This document shows, one piece after another, positions 18,795 to 28,472 of a DNA stretch of 64,000 bases. A program made the position numbers and the translations under genes. The first letter of the stretch is position 1. Every line of letters starts with the position of its first letter. The notes beneath the pieces were generated by a model that made no database searches, was not told where the DNA came from, and saw nothing but the letters and a program-made list of their open reading frames with translations. The stretch is from Candidatus Poribacteria bacterium (GTDB taxonomy: Bacteria > Poribacteria > WGA-4E > PCPOR2b): NCBI GenBank assembly GCA_965198175.1, contig OZ240245.1, forward strand, positions 3,040,001-3,104,000, given 5' to 3'.

Positions 18795-21584
18795 CTAGGT
18801 TCCACGCCCTGTCCGTCCGCTAGCACGCTTTCGCGCCCGGTTTAGGGCATCCAGCATCCCGTCACCCTCCACGTTGTCTCCTGGTTCTGAAGTCGCCGGT
18901 GGAGATTCGGGTTCGTCGGGTTCAATGGGAAGCGCCGTTTTTGTGGACCGCGACTTGGATTGCGGTGCACGGCGCGCTTTCCGTGGCACGCGTTGCGAAA
19001 CCGTCTTTACAAGATGGCGCGCCTGTCTCATAGATAACAAGCCTGTGCGGCGTTCGAGCGTTTCGAGAAGCAGTAGGAGGAGTGCCCCGATAAGCAGCCA
19101 CGGCGCGAACCCAATTAGACGGGGTTGCCGTGGCAAATCATCCCATATACCCCCAAGGTTGATTCGTGCTTTCCCGCCGGAGGCTTTGGCAAGCCGTTCC
19201 ATCGTTGCAAGTCCGGATTCATCAGGCGCCGGTTTAAACTCTGGTGAATACGGCAGACAGACAGGAGGCAGCGATACAAATCCACCTCCCGGCACTTCCA
19301 CCGTGGTCAGAACCGTCTCACTCCCGTGGATTGGAATGTCCACTGCGAGCGTGTCGGCGGATGTCCAAGACAGGTTTGTTTTAGACACAGTTGGCGTTTC
19401 CCCAGCCACGCCGCGCAGGACTGCCACGGTAGGGAGTTCCCTGAATACTTCTACTTCTCGCTCTGGGTCGAGATGGAGTTGCACGAGGCTCACTCCGCTC
19501 CTAACCTTTTGCGTGAGCAACATCTCTCCAGGAAGGTTGCCAGCGTCCCCTACCGTCCAGCGTGCGAGACTCGTGAAGAAATCACCAACACGCTCCCAAT
19601 TCGCAATCTCGCCGGTGTGTGCTCCATCCGCCTCACCTGTATAGCAGAGTACTCGTCCAATTCCCGCCTGCCACGCCGCCACGACGGGAGCCTTGTACTC
19701 GTCCACAGTTACAGCAGCTAAGTTTGCGTCGGGACGGACGTAACAGAGGTTATAACCGCCGATTGATGACGGTATCTGAAATTGCGTACCGGTCAGCGTG
19801 ACCATGCCGCCCGTCGTCCGAATCTGTGTCGGTTCGTCAACAAACGTGCTCCGTGCCACAACAAACGTGTCTTGAGCAAACAGACGTGGCAACTCGGCGG
19901 CATTCTCGGTAAAAAAGCAGCGTCCTTCGCCTCGTTGAGCGATGTCACGTAGGAGTTCTGCGTCTACGTCGGAAGGTGTTCCAAGTCCAACGACGCTGAC
20001 AGTAATGTTAGCCTTTCGACACACCGCCAGCAGCTCTCGGTAGCGTCCGGGTTCTTCGGAATCGGCGGCGTCCGCAAATAGAATTATGTGCCGCGTGCCG
20101 GCTTCGGCGCGCAGTAACATTGAAGATGCGGCGTGGAGCGCCTCGTAGATGAAGATGCCGCCGCCCTGCGAAGCGATGCGAAGGATTTTGTTTCGCACGT
20201 GACCTTGATTTTCGATGGGAGCAAGGTCCGCGATGGTGTGGGCTGCGCTATCGACCGCGATTACGCCAAATTCATCCAATGGTGATAACATATCGTAGAC
20301 TTCCGCCGTAGCGAGATTTGCGAGATCTATTTTCGTCCTGCCGCCGCCCACCGACATTGACATACTGCCAGACCGGTCCATCGCGACCACAATCGCAATC
20401 GACAGTTTCCGATGTTCGCGTCTCAACTCCATTGAAACCGGCATAATCGGTTCTAGCGGAGATTTGAAATAGCCGCCTGGACCATACGCATGTTTTCCAC
20501 CGGTCATCATGAAACCCGACCCGCTCTCTCTAACCCAAATGGCGAGGTTCTCCATGCCGTGCAATCCGATTTTGTTCGCCAATACATTCTCAATGAGCAC
20601 CGCAGAAAAACCGGATAACTCGTCGAGCGACCAGCTGTAGTCGTTTGGCGGTGCAGCTTTCACATCCAATCCGCCCGCTTTCAGTAGTCGTGCTAGCCCC
20701 GAATTAGAAGCTTGTGTGATGTGAAGAATAGGACGAGGTCCTTGAATGCCGACCAAGACTTTTGCCGTGTTATTCTCAGGCACCGGGTCGGACTCGGATC
20801 CTGCAATTCGCACGGAGTACCGATGCGTTCCCGGCTGCGCCGCTTTGTCCCTAAAGATGAGACGGGTCAACCCGGACGGTACTTGCCGCTTACCAGCCGC
20901 CAAGCGACGATTGCCGCGCAACAATTCGAATGATATTTCACCCGGAACAGGCGCGTGCACCCATGCGGCAATCATAAACGACTCGCCCGGGTTCACTACA
21001 TCGGGCGCGTCTACATGGGAGATGGCGACATCGTTCGCCGAGTCTCTTTGCATGGCGCGGTAGTCAATAGCGATACCCCGTGCAGCGGTTTCGGATGCCG
21101 CGCCCACTGGGTCATTGCCAGTCCATCTTCCGTCAGACAGAAGGATTATCCGACCGGGTGAGTCGCGTGGAATGAGTGCTATAGCGCTGTCTAGTCCGCC
21201 GTTCAGATCCGAAGCATCGCCATGAACTTCGTTCACAAAACCAGCAAATTTGCCGCTTTGGGGCGATCGTTCGACCGCAGTCACTCGTCCAAAGGAGACG
21301 ACGCCAAGGCGAGCATCACGTCGCATCTCGCTCTGGATTAAGTCAATCGCCTCTTTCTGCCTCGCGTCGCTGTCATGGGGCATAGATAAGCTTCTGTCCG
21401 CCACAACGACAATCGTACCCGCACGGCTCGGCAATTTCACGGCGAGTCCACACATTGCCAACAAGATGAGAGACAGTATCACGACTCGCAAGCTCCAGAG
21501 TAACCGCGAGCTTGGTTTCCAGACCCACAGCGATACTCCAAGCGGAATGAATAATAATAGCCAGATTGGTTGGAGGAGTGTCAT
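18795..21584 (-). CDS. Membrane-anchored VWA-domain protein with glutamine-amidotransferase-like domain (MoxR cluster)
   Basis: Two MIDAS motifs (DRSLSM, DRSGSM); GFMMTGGKHAYGPGGY; N- and C-terminal TM helices. Start placed at ATG 21584 because the longer start runs through a REP palindrome. Confidence 0.9.
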   Translation of the reverse strand: MTLLQPIWLLLFIPLGVSLWVWKPSSRLLWSLRVVILSLILLAMCGLAVKLPSRAGTIVVVADRSLSMPHDSDARQKEAIDLIQSEMRRDARLGVVSFGRVTAVERSPQSGKFAGFVNEVHGDASDLNGGLDSAIALIPRDSPGRIILLSDGRWTGNDPVGAASETAARGIAIDYRAMQRDSANDVAISHVDAPDVVNPGESFMIAAWVHAPVPGEISFELLRGNRRLAAGKRQVPSGLTRLIFRDKAAQPGTHRYSVRIAGSESDPVPENNTAKVLVGIQGPRPILHITQASNSGLARLLKAGGLDVKAAPPNDYSWSLDELSGFSAVLIENVLANKIGLHGMENLAIWVRESGSGFMMTGGKHAYGPGGYFKSPLEPIMPVSMELRREHRKLSIAIVVAMDRSGSMSMSVGGGRTKIDLANLATAEVYDMLSPLDEFGVIAVDSAAHTIADLAPIENQGHVRNKILRIASQGGGIFIYEALHAASSMLLRAEAGTRHIILFADAADSEEPGRYRELLAVCRKANITVSVVGLGTPSDVDAELLRDIAQRGEGRCFFTENAAELPRLFAQDTFVVARSTFVDEPTQIRTTGGMVTLTGTQFQIPSSIGGYNLCYVRPDANLAAVTVDEYKAPVVAAWQAGIGRVLCYTGEADGAHTGEIANWERVGDFFTSLARWTVGDAGNLPGEMLLTQKVRSGVSLVQLHLDPEREVEVFRELPTVAVLRGVAGETPTVSKTNLSWTSADTLAVDIPIHGSETVLTTVEVPGGGFVSLPPVCLPYSPEFKPAPDESGLATMERLAKASGGKARINLGGIWDDLPRQPRLIGFAPWLLIGALLLLLLETLERRTGLLSMRQARHLVKTVSQRVPRKARRAPQSKSRSTKTALPIEPDEPESPPATSEPGDNVEGDGMLDALNRARKRASGRTGRGT

Positions 21585-21617
21585 GATGGATATGATTCGA
21601 TATTTCGAGGGATGAAT

Positions 21618-21650
21618 AGAAACTGAGTTTTTCGGAAAAACTCGGTTTCT
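21618..21650. repeat. REP-like palindrome AGAAACTGAGTTTTTC-G-GAAAAACTCGGTTTCT
   Basis: 16-bp arms with one mismatch; same family as 13556-13617. Confidence 0.8.
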
Positions 21651-21816
21651 CTCCGACCTGAGCACGCAAAAAATGGGTGATAACTCAGGTGGAATTTTGG
21701 CCAGTGGCCTTGAAACTAAGACCAGAGCTTAACGACTGGTGTCACAGAATGTGCACTGTTCTTTTTCTTCGCATAAACAGAATTTTTATGTGTGCTATGG
21801 CTTCTGGCGCCTATTT

Positions 21817-23871
21817 TCACGATAGTTCCTTAGGCTGATCTGCTTTCCGTTTTTCATAAACTTGGTTTATCAGGAACATGGTGTATTCGAGTTCATTCTC
21901 TGAAAAGACTCCGACTTCTACATCTCCTATGCCTAAATGTCCGAGATTGGTTATATCTCTGCACCGTCCTCGCGGGTCATTAATGTCGGAAAAAGGCGAA
22001 TTTAATGTTAACAATAGCCGGCCTGCTTGCGGTATAATGCTTACTAGGACCGAGTGCATCTTGTAATTAATGTAGTGTTTGGTGATCTTTTCACTAATTG
22101 AAGTATCCAAGTCACGAATGCGCCGCCGTAACTGTTGGAACAAATTTAGCATTTCACCTGTAAGATACTGGAAGTCAGCTAATGTCGGGCTTCCCTTATG
22201 TGCACGTTCAATTCCCTTAGAGAGTCCGTGATGACGCCAAATATAAAGCGCCTTTTTCGAGAGCATTTCCGCTCGTTTAACGATAGCATCTTCATCCCAT
22301 CGTTCCACTTCGCGGAGGCTTGCATTTAAGCGCAGTGGACTGTCGAAAAAACCACCCTCCGCGAGCTGTTTTTCTATGAAAGTGTTGTTGCTCAACTCTC
22401 GATTGTACCCGGTGAGGGCGAGGTTGCCAATCGTGTGAAGGTACTTTTCATGCACCTCTGAGCAGTTTTGGCCTAACTCCGCCCGCCATTCATCAGAAAG
22501 ACTTTGCGGCATGACGTGTTCAATCGTGTATTCGCCATCTGAAATCGGCTCCCTGCGCTCGTGATTCTCCAACTTGAGTAACAGATAGCTTGACGTACGT
22601 AGGTTATAGACATCCCTTGTGTGAAATGCGAACTGGAACTCACTATCTGAAGGGAAGCGTTGGGTGCCGATCATGCGGGAGAAAGCGATTTTCAAGCTTT
22701 GGAGATAGTTATCTTTGTCAATTTGCCCCATCAGTCCCGCGAAGGTCTTGTTCAACATGTTAGTTGGAATGTCACAGATTGTGCGCCGAAAGACGTAACT
22801 CTCTGTTAACCGAAAGATTTCTATCATGTCCGTCTTTCCGATTTTTCCTTGTGCATAGTCCTCGTAGACGCCGAGTAGAAACGGAAAAGTGACTTCGACA
22901 TTTAGTGTGTGGATGTCTTCAATGCACATACTAAGTTCTAGGTCCGGCTCATTAAGTAGCGCAATGCGGACGTAGTATTCGGAATATCGAACAATCTCCT
23001 TGACAATTGCCTCTAACGCTTCTGAATGTCTTTTGTCCCCTACATACCTCTTGAAATTCTCGTAAACTCTCCCTTTGTTAGGTATCGTGCGCGTATTTAA
23101 TGTCAGATAGTCTCTTATGAACAGGTCAAATCGTTTGGCGTAATCCGCCCCGAACCGCTGCTCCATCGGATACCAGTGGTTCTCATATAGACTCTTTTGA
23201 AAATCGTACTCCTGTCCCATCAGCACATAGTTACGAATGAGATCGGCTTGCGACAATCTGAGACCAGTGGAATTGAGACTCTCGAAAATCAGTTGCGGAT
23301 TGTCCGAGCGGGGGTCCAGCGCGATGTCCACAATTATCAACTTCTGAATTCCCTTATACACCGTTTCAAGTGCAGTGCGTTTGAGTTGGTCCTTAAAATA
23401 TTGGTAGTTTTCCACTAACAGGGAGGTATTGTCAGTAGCACTTCCCTCATCCAACAATTGAATCAAAGTGTCTCGGTCATGCGGTGTCAGCAGCTGCTTG
23501 TGACGTAATTCTCCAGCTTCCCTGTCATTGAACAGGTAATACGCATCTAACCGGCTTCGATCGATGCCGATATCGACGCCTTTCACCTCGACGGCTCTGC
23601 CGAGTACCGAAATCAACAGCGCAAGTGTCGTCAACCGCTGTTGACCGTCAATGACGAGAAATTTTGGCACTGTAGGGCTACCATCTCCGATAGATACGAT
23701 TGAGCCGAAGAAATGGGAGGGAATATCCTCATTTTCACCAACACGCACAATGTCATCCCATAGCTGTTTGCATTGCTCTTTCTTCCAACTGTACCGACGC
23801 TGGAATATCGGCAGGATAAACTGTTTTGTGCCATCCAAGAATTTTAGTAACTTCTCTTCGTTCGCTTTCAT
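21817..23871 (-). CDS. DUF262 + DUF1524 (HNH) + C-terminal DUF5655-like protein; GmrSD-like putative type IV restriction enzyme
   Basis: PIFQRRYSW, IDGQQRLTT, IFESLNSTG, IEHVMPQ...IGNLALTGYNRELSN motifs; GGAG RBS. Confidence 0.88.
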   Translation of the reverse strand: MKANEEKLLKFLDGTKQFILPIFQRRYSWKKEQCKQLWDDIVRVGENEDIPSHFFGSIVSIGDGSPTVPKFLVIDGQQRLTTLALLISVLGRAVEVKGVDIGIDRSRLDAYYLFNDREAGELRHKQLLTPHDRDTLIQLLDEGSATDNTSLLVENYQYFKDQLKRTALETVYKGIQKLIIVDIALDPRSDNPQLIFESLNSTGLRLSQADLIRNYVLMGQEYDFQKSLYENHWYPMEQRFGADYAKRFDLFIRDYLTLNTRTIPNKGRVYENFKRYVGDKRHSEALEAIVKEIVRYSEYYVRIALLNEPDLELSMCIEDIHTLNVEVTFPFLLGVYEDYAQGKIGKTDMIEIFRLTESYVFRRTICDIPTNMLNKTFAGLMGQIDKDNYLQSLKIAFSRMIGTQRFPSDSEFQFAFHTRDVYNLRTSSYLLLKLENHERREPISDGEYTIEHVMPQSLSDEWRAELGQNCSEVHEKYLHTIGNLALTGYNRELSNNTFIEKQLAEGGFFDSPLRLNASLREVERWDEDAIVKRAEMLSKKALYIWRHHGLSKGIERAHKGSPTLADFQYLTGEMLNLFQQLRRRIRDLDTSISEKITKHYINYKMHSVLVSIIPQAGRLLLTLNSPFSDINDPRGRCRDITNLGHLGIGDVEVGVFSENELEYTMFLINQVYEKRKADQPKELS

Positions 23872-24014
23872 AGGTCATGTCTCCATATCGGGTTTATGAA
23901 TTTTTCAGCTTCCAAAACGTAGACACGATAGGTATCTATTGAGAATTGGATATGTCAAGAGAAATCTGGCGCCCGGTTTCCGATTGGATTCTAGGATCAA
24001 TCGTATTCTATGCC

Positions 24015-24575
24015 CTACCACAGTAATATAGGCACGCTTTGCGACGTTGGAATTCCCATACCTTCCAACGCCTTATGCAACTTCACATGCCATGTTTGGA
24101 ACTTCCACGCAGCATCTCTATACGATTGAGCCTCAAAAATCGCCAGTATCTCCCGCGATTCTTTTTTTGAAATTTTCACATGCCTGGAATTAGCATAAGT
24201 ATGGACTATGTAATCGGCTTGAATAGCGTCGAATGCGAAATATTTCTCGGTCAACTTTGCGTCCGCGGCCAGAATCGCTTCATTGCTCCCGGCTTGCCTG
24301 CCCTCTGCTCCCTGAACTCTTTTTTCCGTTGTGACTTCTTTCGTTGAGGGACGGATTACAACCTTGACACCTGCGCTGATGATGGCGTCCTCAACACTGT
24401 TTGCGAACTCAACCTCGCGCAGAAAATCATTCGCTGGGATGACCACGAAGGATGGGGATTCTGGAACATCACGGAGGACAACAATCTCAAGCGTTTTGGT
24501 GGCACAGCCTAACAGACCCGTGGTAAGGAAAAGTAGAGAAATTCCCAATAGCTGGTTCATTTTGTTGTAGAACAT
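24015..24575 (-). CDS. Lipoprotein of unknown function
   Basis: Lipobox LLGC; GAGG upstream; 186-aa ORF. Confidence 0.75.
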   Translation of the reverse strand: MFYNKMNQLLGISLLFLTTGLLGCATKTLEIVVLRDVPESPSFVVIPANDFLREVEFANSVEDAIISAGVKVVIRPSTKEVTTEKRVQGAEGRQAGSNEAILAADAKLTEKYFAFDAIQADYIVHTYANSRHVKISKKESREILAIFEAQSYRDAAWKFQTWHVKLHKALEGMGIPTSQSVPILLW

Positions 24576-24647
24576 TCTCTAATTCCTCGTAAATTTTGCA
24601 AACGTTTCGAATCAAGTAAAAATAGCAAGTTCCCGCTGAATTCGCTT

Positions 24648-25895
24648 CTAATCAGCGTTCTGGATAATTTTGCCGAACAGATGCCCGCTGTGTTTTTCGC
24701 TGCTCCAGGTGCCGGCGTATTGGCCTCGATAGATTAACACCCTTGCTGTGTAGGTTCCTAGCTGAGGCAATTCCATATCGGTTAGTGTGATGATGGGGGT
24801 GTCATCCGCCCATATGACTTCGAGAGGCAGTGGCACTGTTACGTCTCTCCCAGCGTATTGGACTCGCGCAGAAAACAGCCAGTAATCGCCGTTCATTTTG
24901 GAGATTTTTTCGATGGTATATTTTTCTTCATGAAGGGCGTCCTGATTTTCTTGTCCGACGAGTGTGAAATGACCAATTAGCGTTACGTCCGAGAGCATCT
25001 CTTGGAATAGCTGTTCATTGGCGGTAAGTGTGTCGTCTCGTGCGGATTCCCACGGAAGCGATTCCGAGGAATGAAGTTGGTCGACAATCTGGGTCACGAG
25101 TGCCGCAGAGTTACGAGCCGCGATTTTGTAGTATTTCTTAAAATCTTCTGACGCATTTGAACCGGCATTATCGCTAAGACTGCGTATGACCAAGCAGGGA
25201 ATATTGTGTTGCCAGCAGATTTGCGCCACGGATGCCCCTTCCATTTCTACGGCGTCCGCGCCGAGATTTTCGTGCAAGGCTGTTCTTTTAGGATCAAATG
25301 CGACAAAAATGTCACCAGTCACGACTGTTCCTGTGACGATTCGCGGGTGACGCTGACCTTCGGGAGTATCGAACGGGCTCAGTTCAAGGCTCGCCTGCGC
25401 GGTTTCTGCGATTTGCAAGAGCCTCGGGTCGGCTGGGAAGAAAACAGGGTTGCGTTTCCCAGTTATTGGGTTCCTGACGCCGAAATTTTCAATCTCTGTG
25501 GACGCCAATTTACCCAAGTCGTGTTGGGCTGTCCGCTGTGCGATGACAATATCTCCGAGATGTAGGCCCGGGTTGAGACCGCCAGCAACGCCTGTGAAGA
25601 TGACCTGATTGGGGCGAAAATGTTCAATGGCGAGAGTCGCTGTCATCGCTGCATTGACTTTCCCAATTCCTGTGCTTGCAATGACGACATTTTGGTCGTT
25701 GAGAAAGCCTGTCACGAACCGCAGGTTCTCGATTGTATGTGTCTTTGGGCTTGCAAGTTGTCCCTCAAGGAGTCTGACTTCCTCATCGAATGCACCGAGT
25801 ATTGCGACGGTGGAAGAAGGTTCGGCGCCGATTCCCGGAGCGAGTAAGGTGAGAAGCAGACCCAAAGTAACTGAGATGTTGATAAGTTTCCTCAC
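24648..25895 (-). CDS. mtnN: Exported 5'-methylthioadenosine/S-adenosylhomocysteine nucleosidase fused to an uncharacterised C-terminal beta domain
   Basis: Signal peptide; AILGAFDEE, GIGKVNAA, GVAGG, VEMEGA and RSLSD motifs; extra ~135-aa C-terminal domain. Confidence 0.85.
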   Translation of the reverse strand: MRKLINISVTLGLLLTLLAPGIGAEPSSTVAILGAFDEEVRLLEGQLASPKTHTIENLRFVTGFLNDQNVVIASTGIGKVNAAMTATLAIEHFRPNQVIFTGVAGGLNPGLHLGDIVIAQRTAQHDLGKLASTEIENFGVRNPITGKRNPVFFPADPRLLQIAETAQASLELSPFDTPEGQRHPRIVTGTVVTGDIFVAFDPKRTALHENLGADAVEMEGASVAQICWQHNIPCLVIRSLSDNAGSNASEDFKKYYKIAARNSAALVTQIVDQLHSSESLPWESARDDTLTANEQLFQEMLSDVTLIGHFTLVGQENQDALHEEKYTIEKISKMNGDYWLFSARVQYAGRDVTVPLPLEVIWADDTPIITLTDMELPQLGTYTARVLIYRGQYAGTWSSEKHSGHLFGKIIQNAD

Positions 25896-26075
25896 GGTGT
25901 TGTCTCCAGAGTTTGAAAGAGTTTGTAGTAAGGGAAGAAACGTCCGTCGGCTTCTTCCACCGAGATACAGTCTTTACTTCTAGCGGCGGAAGGGTGAGGT
26001 AGGGCGGACAATCATCGGTTTTCCATTTGATAAACCTTTCGGCGAAGACGGGCATCTACAATCCCTAACACGCAC

Positions 26076-26756
26076 CTACTTTGCCTTTGGAATGTTGATG
26101 CCAGGCAGGTTGTTTAGAAAGGATCGCGCCGCTATATTGACCAAATCCTCAATGGAATGCTTTATGTATTGGAGTTCAACTTCAGTTTGCACCGCGACAT
26201 CTCCTGTTCCTTCCCACACAACATCGCCGAGGTGACAATCCCAAACTTGTCCGAATATGCTGACGTTTTTAATTTGTCGGTTGATAATGTCGTCGGACAA
26301 AAGAGCGGGACCAATTGTTTCCGTATGAGATTGATCCAGGAGTTTGACATGTAAGAGGTAACGGATGCCCGCCGCCTCGCCAATTTGGCGAAGTGTTTTC
26401 TTGTTGAGAATTGCAGCTTGGGCATAATCATCAATCATCTGCGCGTAAGCTTCCGTCAAATTAGCTTCGTTAATCAGGTCGAGCGTTTGAATTGTCCCTA
26501 TGAATTTATCATCAGGCAATTGATTGGTTAGATTGGAATCAAGTTTTGCCCCTAGCGGTCTGCGCAACCCCTCCTGCCCATGACCTGCGACGATAGGAAG
26601 TAGGCTCAGACCGTGTTCAGACAGCGAATTGTCTGTGAATTCGGGAGCGAGATACTGGAGTTGAGAGTTGTCCATGACTTTAGCCGCACACCCTGACCAG
26701 AGCCAAGCCATTAGCACAAGCATTAGTGAATGCAAAAAGAAATTTTTGGTTCGCAT
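26076..26756 (-). CDS. Lipoprotein, possibly CsgG/LpoB-like fold
   Basis: Lipobox WSGC; GGAGG RBS; 'LRQIGEAAGIRYLL...VWDCHLGDVVWEG' pattern. Confidence 0.75.
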   Translation of the reverse strand: MRTKNFFLHSLMLVLMAWLWSGCAAKVMDNSQLQYLAPEFTDNSLSEHGLSLLPIVAGHGQEGLRRPLGAKLDSNLTNQLPDDKFIGTIQTLDLINEANLTEAYAQMIDDYAQAAILNKKTLRQIGEAAGIRYLLHVKLLDQSHTETIGPALLSDDIINRQIKNVSIFGQVWDCHLGDVVWEGTGDVAVQTEVELQYIKHSIEDLVNIAARSFLNNLPGINIPKAK

Positions 26757-26948
26757 TGTTTTGACCTCCGATTTTCATCTCCTATAGGGATGATAGCGTG
26801 TAAATTATCAATTATCGACTAGGATCGCCACTCATTCGTGGGAGCGTTGAGCTCGTTTCAATTATGTATGGTTAAAAGCAATTATGTTGGCGGAGAAATT
26901 ACGCGGCGAATTGTACCCGACCAAGCCGAGCTTGAGATATGGATTCAA

Positions 26949-28472
26949 CTAAGCTTCATCCGTTTGCGATTCATTTGCGGTGTTTTGCTTTGGCGGCTGA
27001 AAGTTGCGGATTTGTCTGACAAACCACGGAACGCTCAGAACACCGACCACCACCGCACAGACGCTCGCTATTTTCAAACTGTTGAACACAAGCACGTGAA
27101 TATCCGTCACATTAATCGCAAATGTCACACCAACAGGGCTACCGATTAGCCATTCCCTTTCCCAAGTTCCAGAGGCAAAAAAGAGGATGAGCGGTATTAT
27201 CATGGTTGTAAAACCCAACAGAACAATTGCTATCACCCAAGTATAGCCTCCGGCGACTCGGTTCGCTAAGAAGCGTCTTCTAATGAGCGAAGCGCCCAAT
27301 GGATAACTGAATGCGTACAGCCCCATAACAATCATTACTCCCATAAAACCATTTAAAGTAGTTCCGCCGCTCCACATGTGCGGGAAAAGAATGCCCCACA
27401 CCACAATAGAGGATAAAGTCAGAACTATCATTAAAGATGACCACACTACGCCGCCGGCAGCACCGCTGTAAAAGAGAAACGCCAGCAGGCGAAGCCATCG
27501 TCTGCGCGGAATGCTTTGGCGAACGCGCTGTCCCAAACGCTCTCTTTCGTTCACGGCGATGAACAAACCGATGGAATACAGAAGGACATGTAGCGATCCC
27601 CACGCCGCGACCGGGTCAATGTTATTAATAGCAATACTCCAGATGGCTACGCCAACCCCGGTCAAGAGCCAAACTCCGGTCACGAAAATACGCAGCGGCA
27701 GTGCCCGATTGGCGGATAACGGGCTAATGAGCGCAATCGCTAATAGAGCAAGGAGGCTTATCAGCGTCAACCCGCTGAACAACACACTTAAGGCACCTCG
27801 CCAGAATTCCCAAGAACCGATCTGACTCCCTATGCCGGAGCTAAAAAGAGCACCAGGAAAAATCATCAGCGCGATAAACGCAGGAATAACCGTAACCACA
27901 AGAAAAACTAACCAAGCCACGCCGATAATCAGCCTGAAGACTCGATTGGCAGGAATACAGCCAAGGAAGATGGCACACTGGATGCCCACTGCTGCCAGAA
28001 TGAAAGTGAGCGCCAGCAGAATGAAAATCGACGGTAAGTCAACGCCCCGCAACAGATAAGTGAACGTCATAAATGGCATGCAGGCACTATAGAGCAGGAC
28101 AGTGAGAACGAGGGCGGCGAGGAATTTGCCCCAGATAATGGATCGCGGTCGGAGAGCCGTGATGAACAGCAGGTCTACATTGGCATCTGATCGCTCGCTC
28201 GCCAACCGGATGCCGGTATACGCGGGCACAAACAGTAAGCATGTCCCTAATAAAATACCTAGCAACATGCTAAAAATGTCGCGCCCCGCGTCGAAAGACC
28301 AGGAAACGGATCCTTGTGTCAAGAATAGTCCCATGGTCAACAGTAGTACCCCGAGAAAAACCATTAATATCACGCTAAAAAACTTGCCTTGAACCGCTTG
28401 TCGCAACTCTTTGACAACGATAGGATTGAGTGTGTCATTGATTGTTTCAAGGCATTTTGTGATGGATATCAT
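26949..28472 (-). CDS. ABC-2-type transporter permease
   Basis: LNPIVVKELRQA, ERSDANVDLLFITAL and IIWGK motifs; many TM helices; ATG 28472 overlaps the ATPase stop (ATGA). Confidence 0.9.
   Translation of the reverse strand: MISITKCLETINDTLNPIVVKELRQAVQGKFFSVILMVFLGVLLLTMGLFLTQGSVSWSFDAGRDIFSMLLGILLGTCLLFVPAYTGIRLASERSDANVDLLFITALRPRSIIWGKFLAALVLTVLLYSACMPFMTFTYLLRGVDLPSIFILLALTFILAAVGIQCAIFLGCIPANRVFRLIIGVAWLVFLVVTVIPAFIALMIFPGALFSSGIGSQIGSWEFWRGALSVLFSGLTLISLLALLAIALISPLSANRALPLRIFVTGVWLLTGVGVAIWSIAINNIDPVAAWGSLHVLLYSIGLFIAVNERERLGQRVRQSIPRRRWLRLLAFLFYSGAAGGVVWSSLMIVLTLSSIVVWGILFPHMWSGGTTLNGFMGVMIVMGLYAFSYPLGASLIRRRFLANRVAGGYTWVIAIVLLGFTTMIIPLILFFASGTWEREWLIGSPVGVTFAINVTDIHVLVFNSLKIASVCAVVVGVLSVPWFVRQIRNFQPPKQNTANESQTDEA

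Noticed and set aside
18612..19644. Plus-strand ORFs 18612-18845 and 18874-19644
   Set aside because: Antisense shadows of the candidate selenoprotein and VWA genes, with no recognisable motifs
21585..21665. N-terminal extension of the VWA ORF given in the track
   Set aside because: It translates a REP palindrome (RNRVFPKNSVS); the family-like N-terminus begins at MTLLQPIWLLL
25896..26075. Possible SAH/SAM riboswitch upstream of the nucleosidase
   Set aside because: No recognisable consensus by eye; an Rfam scan would be needed
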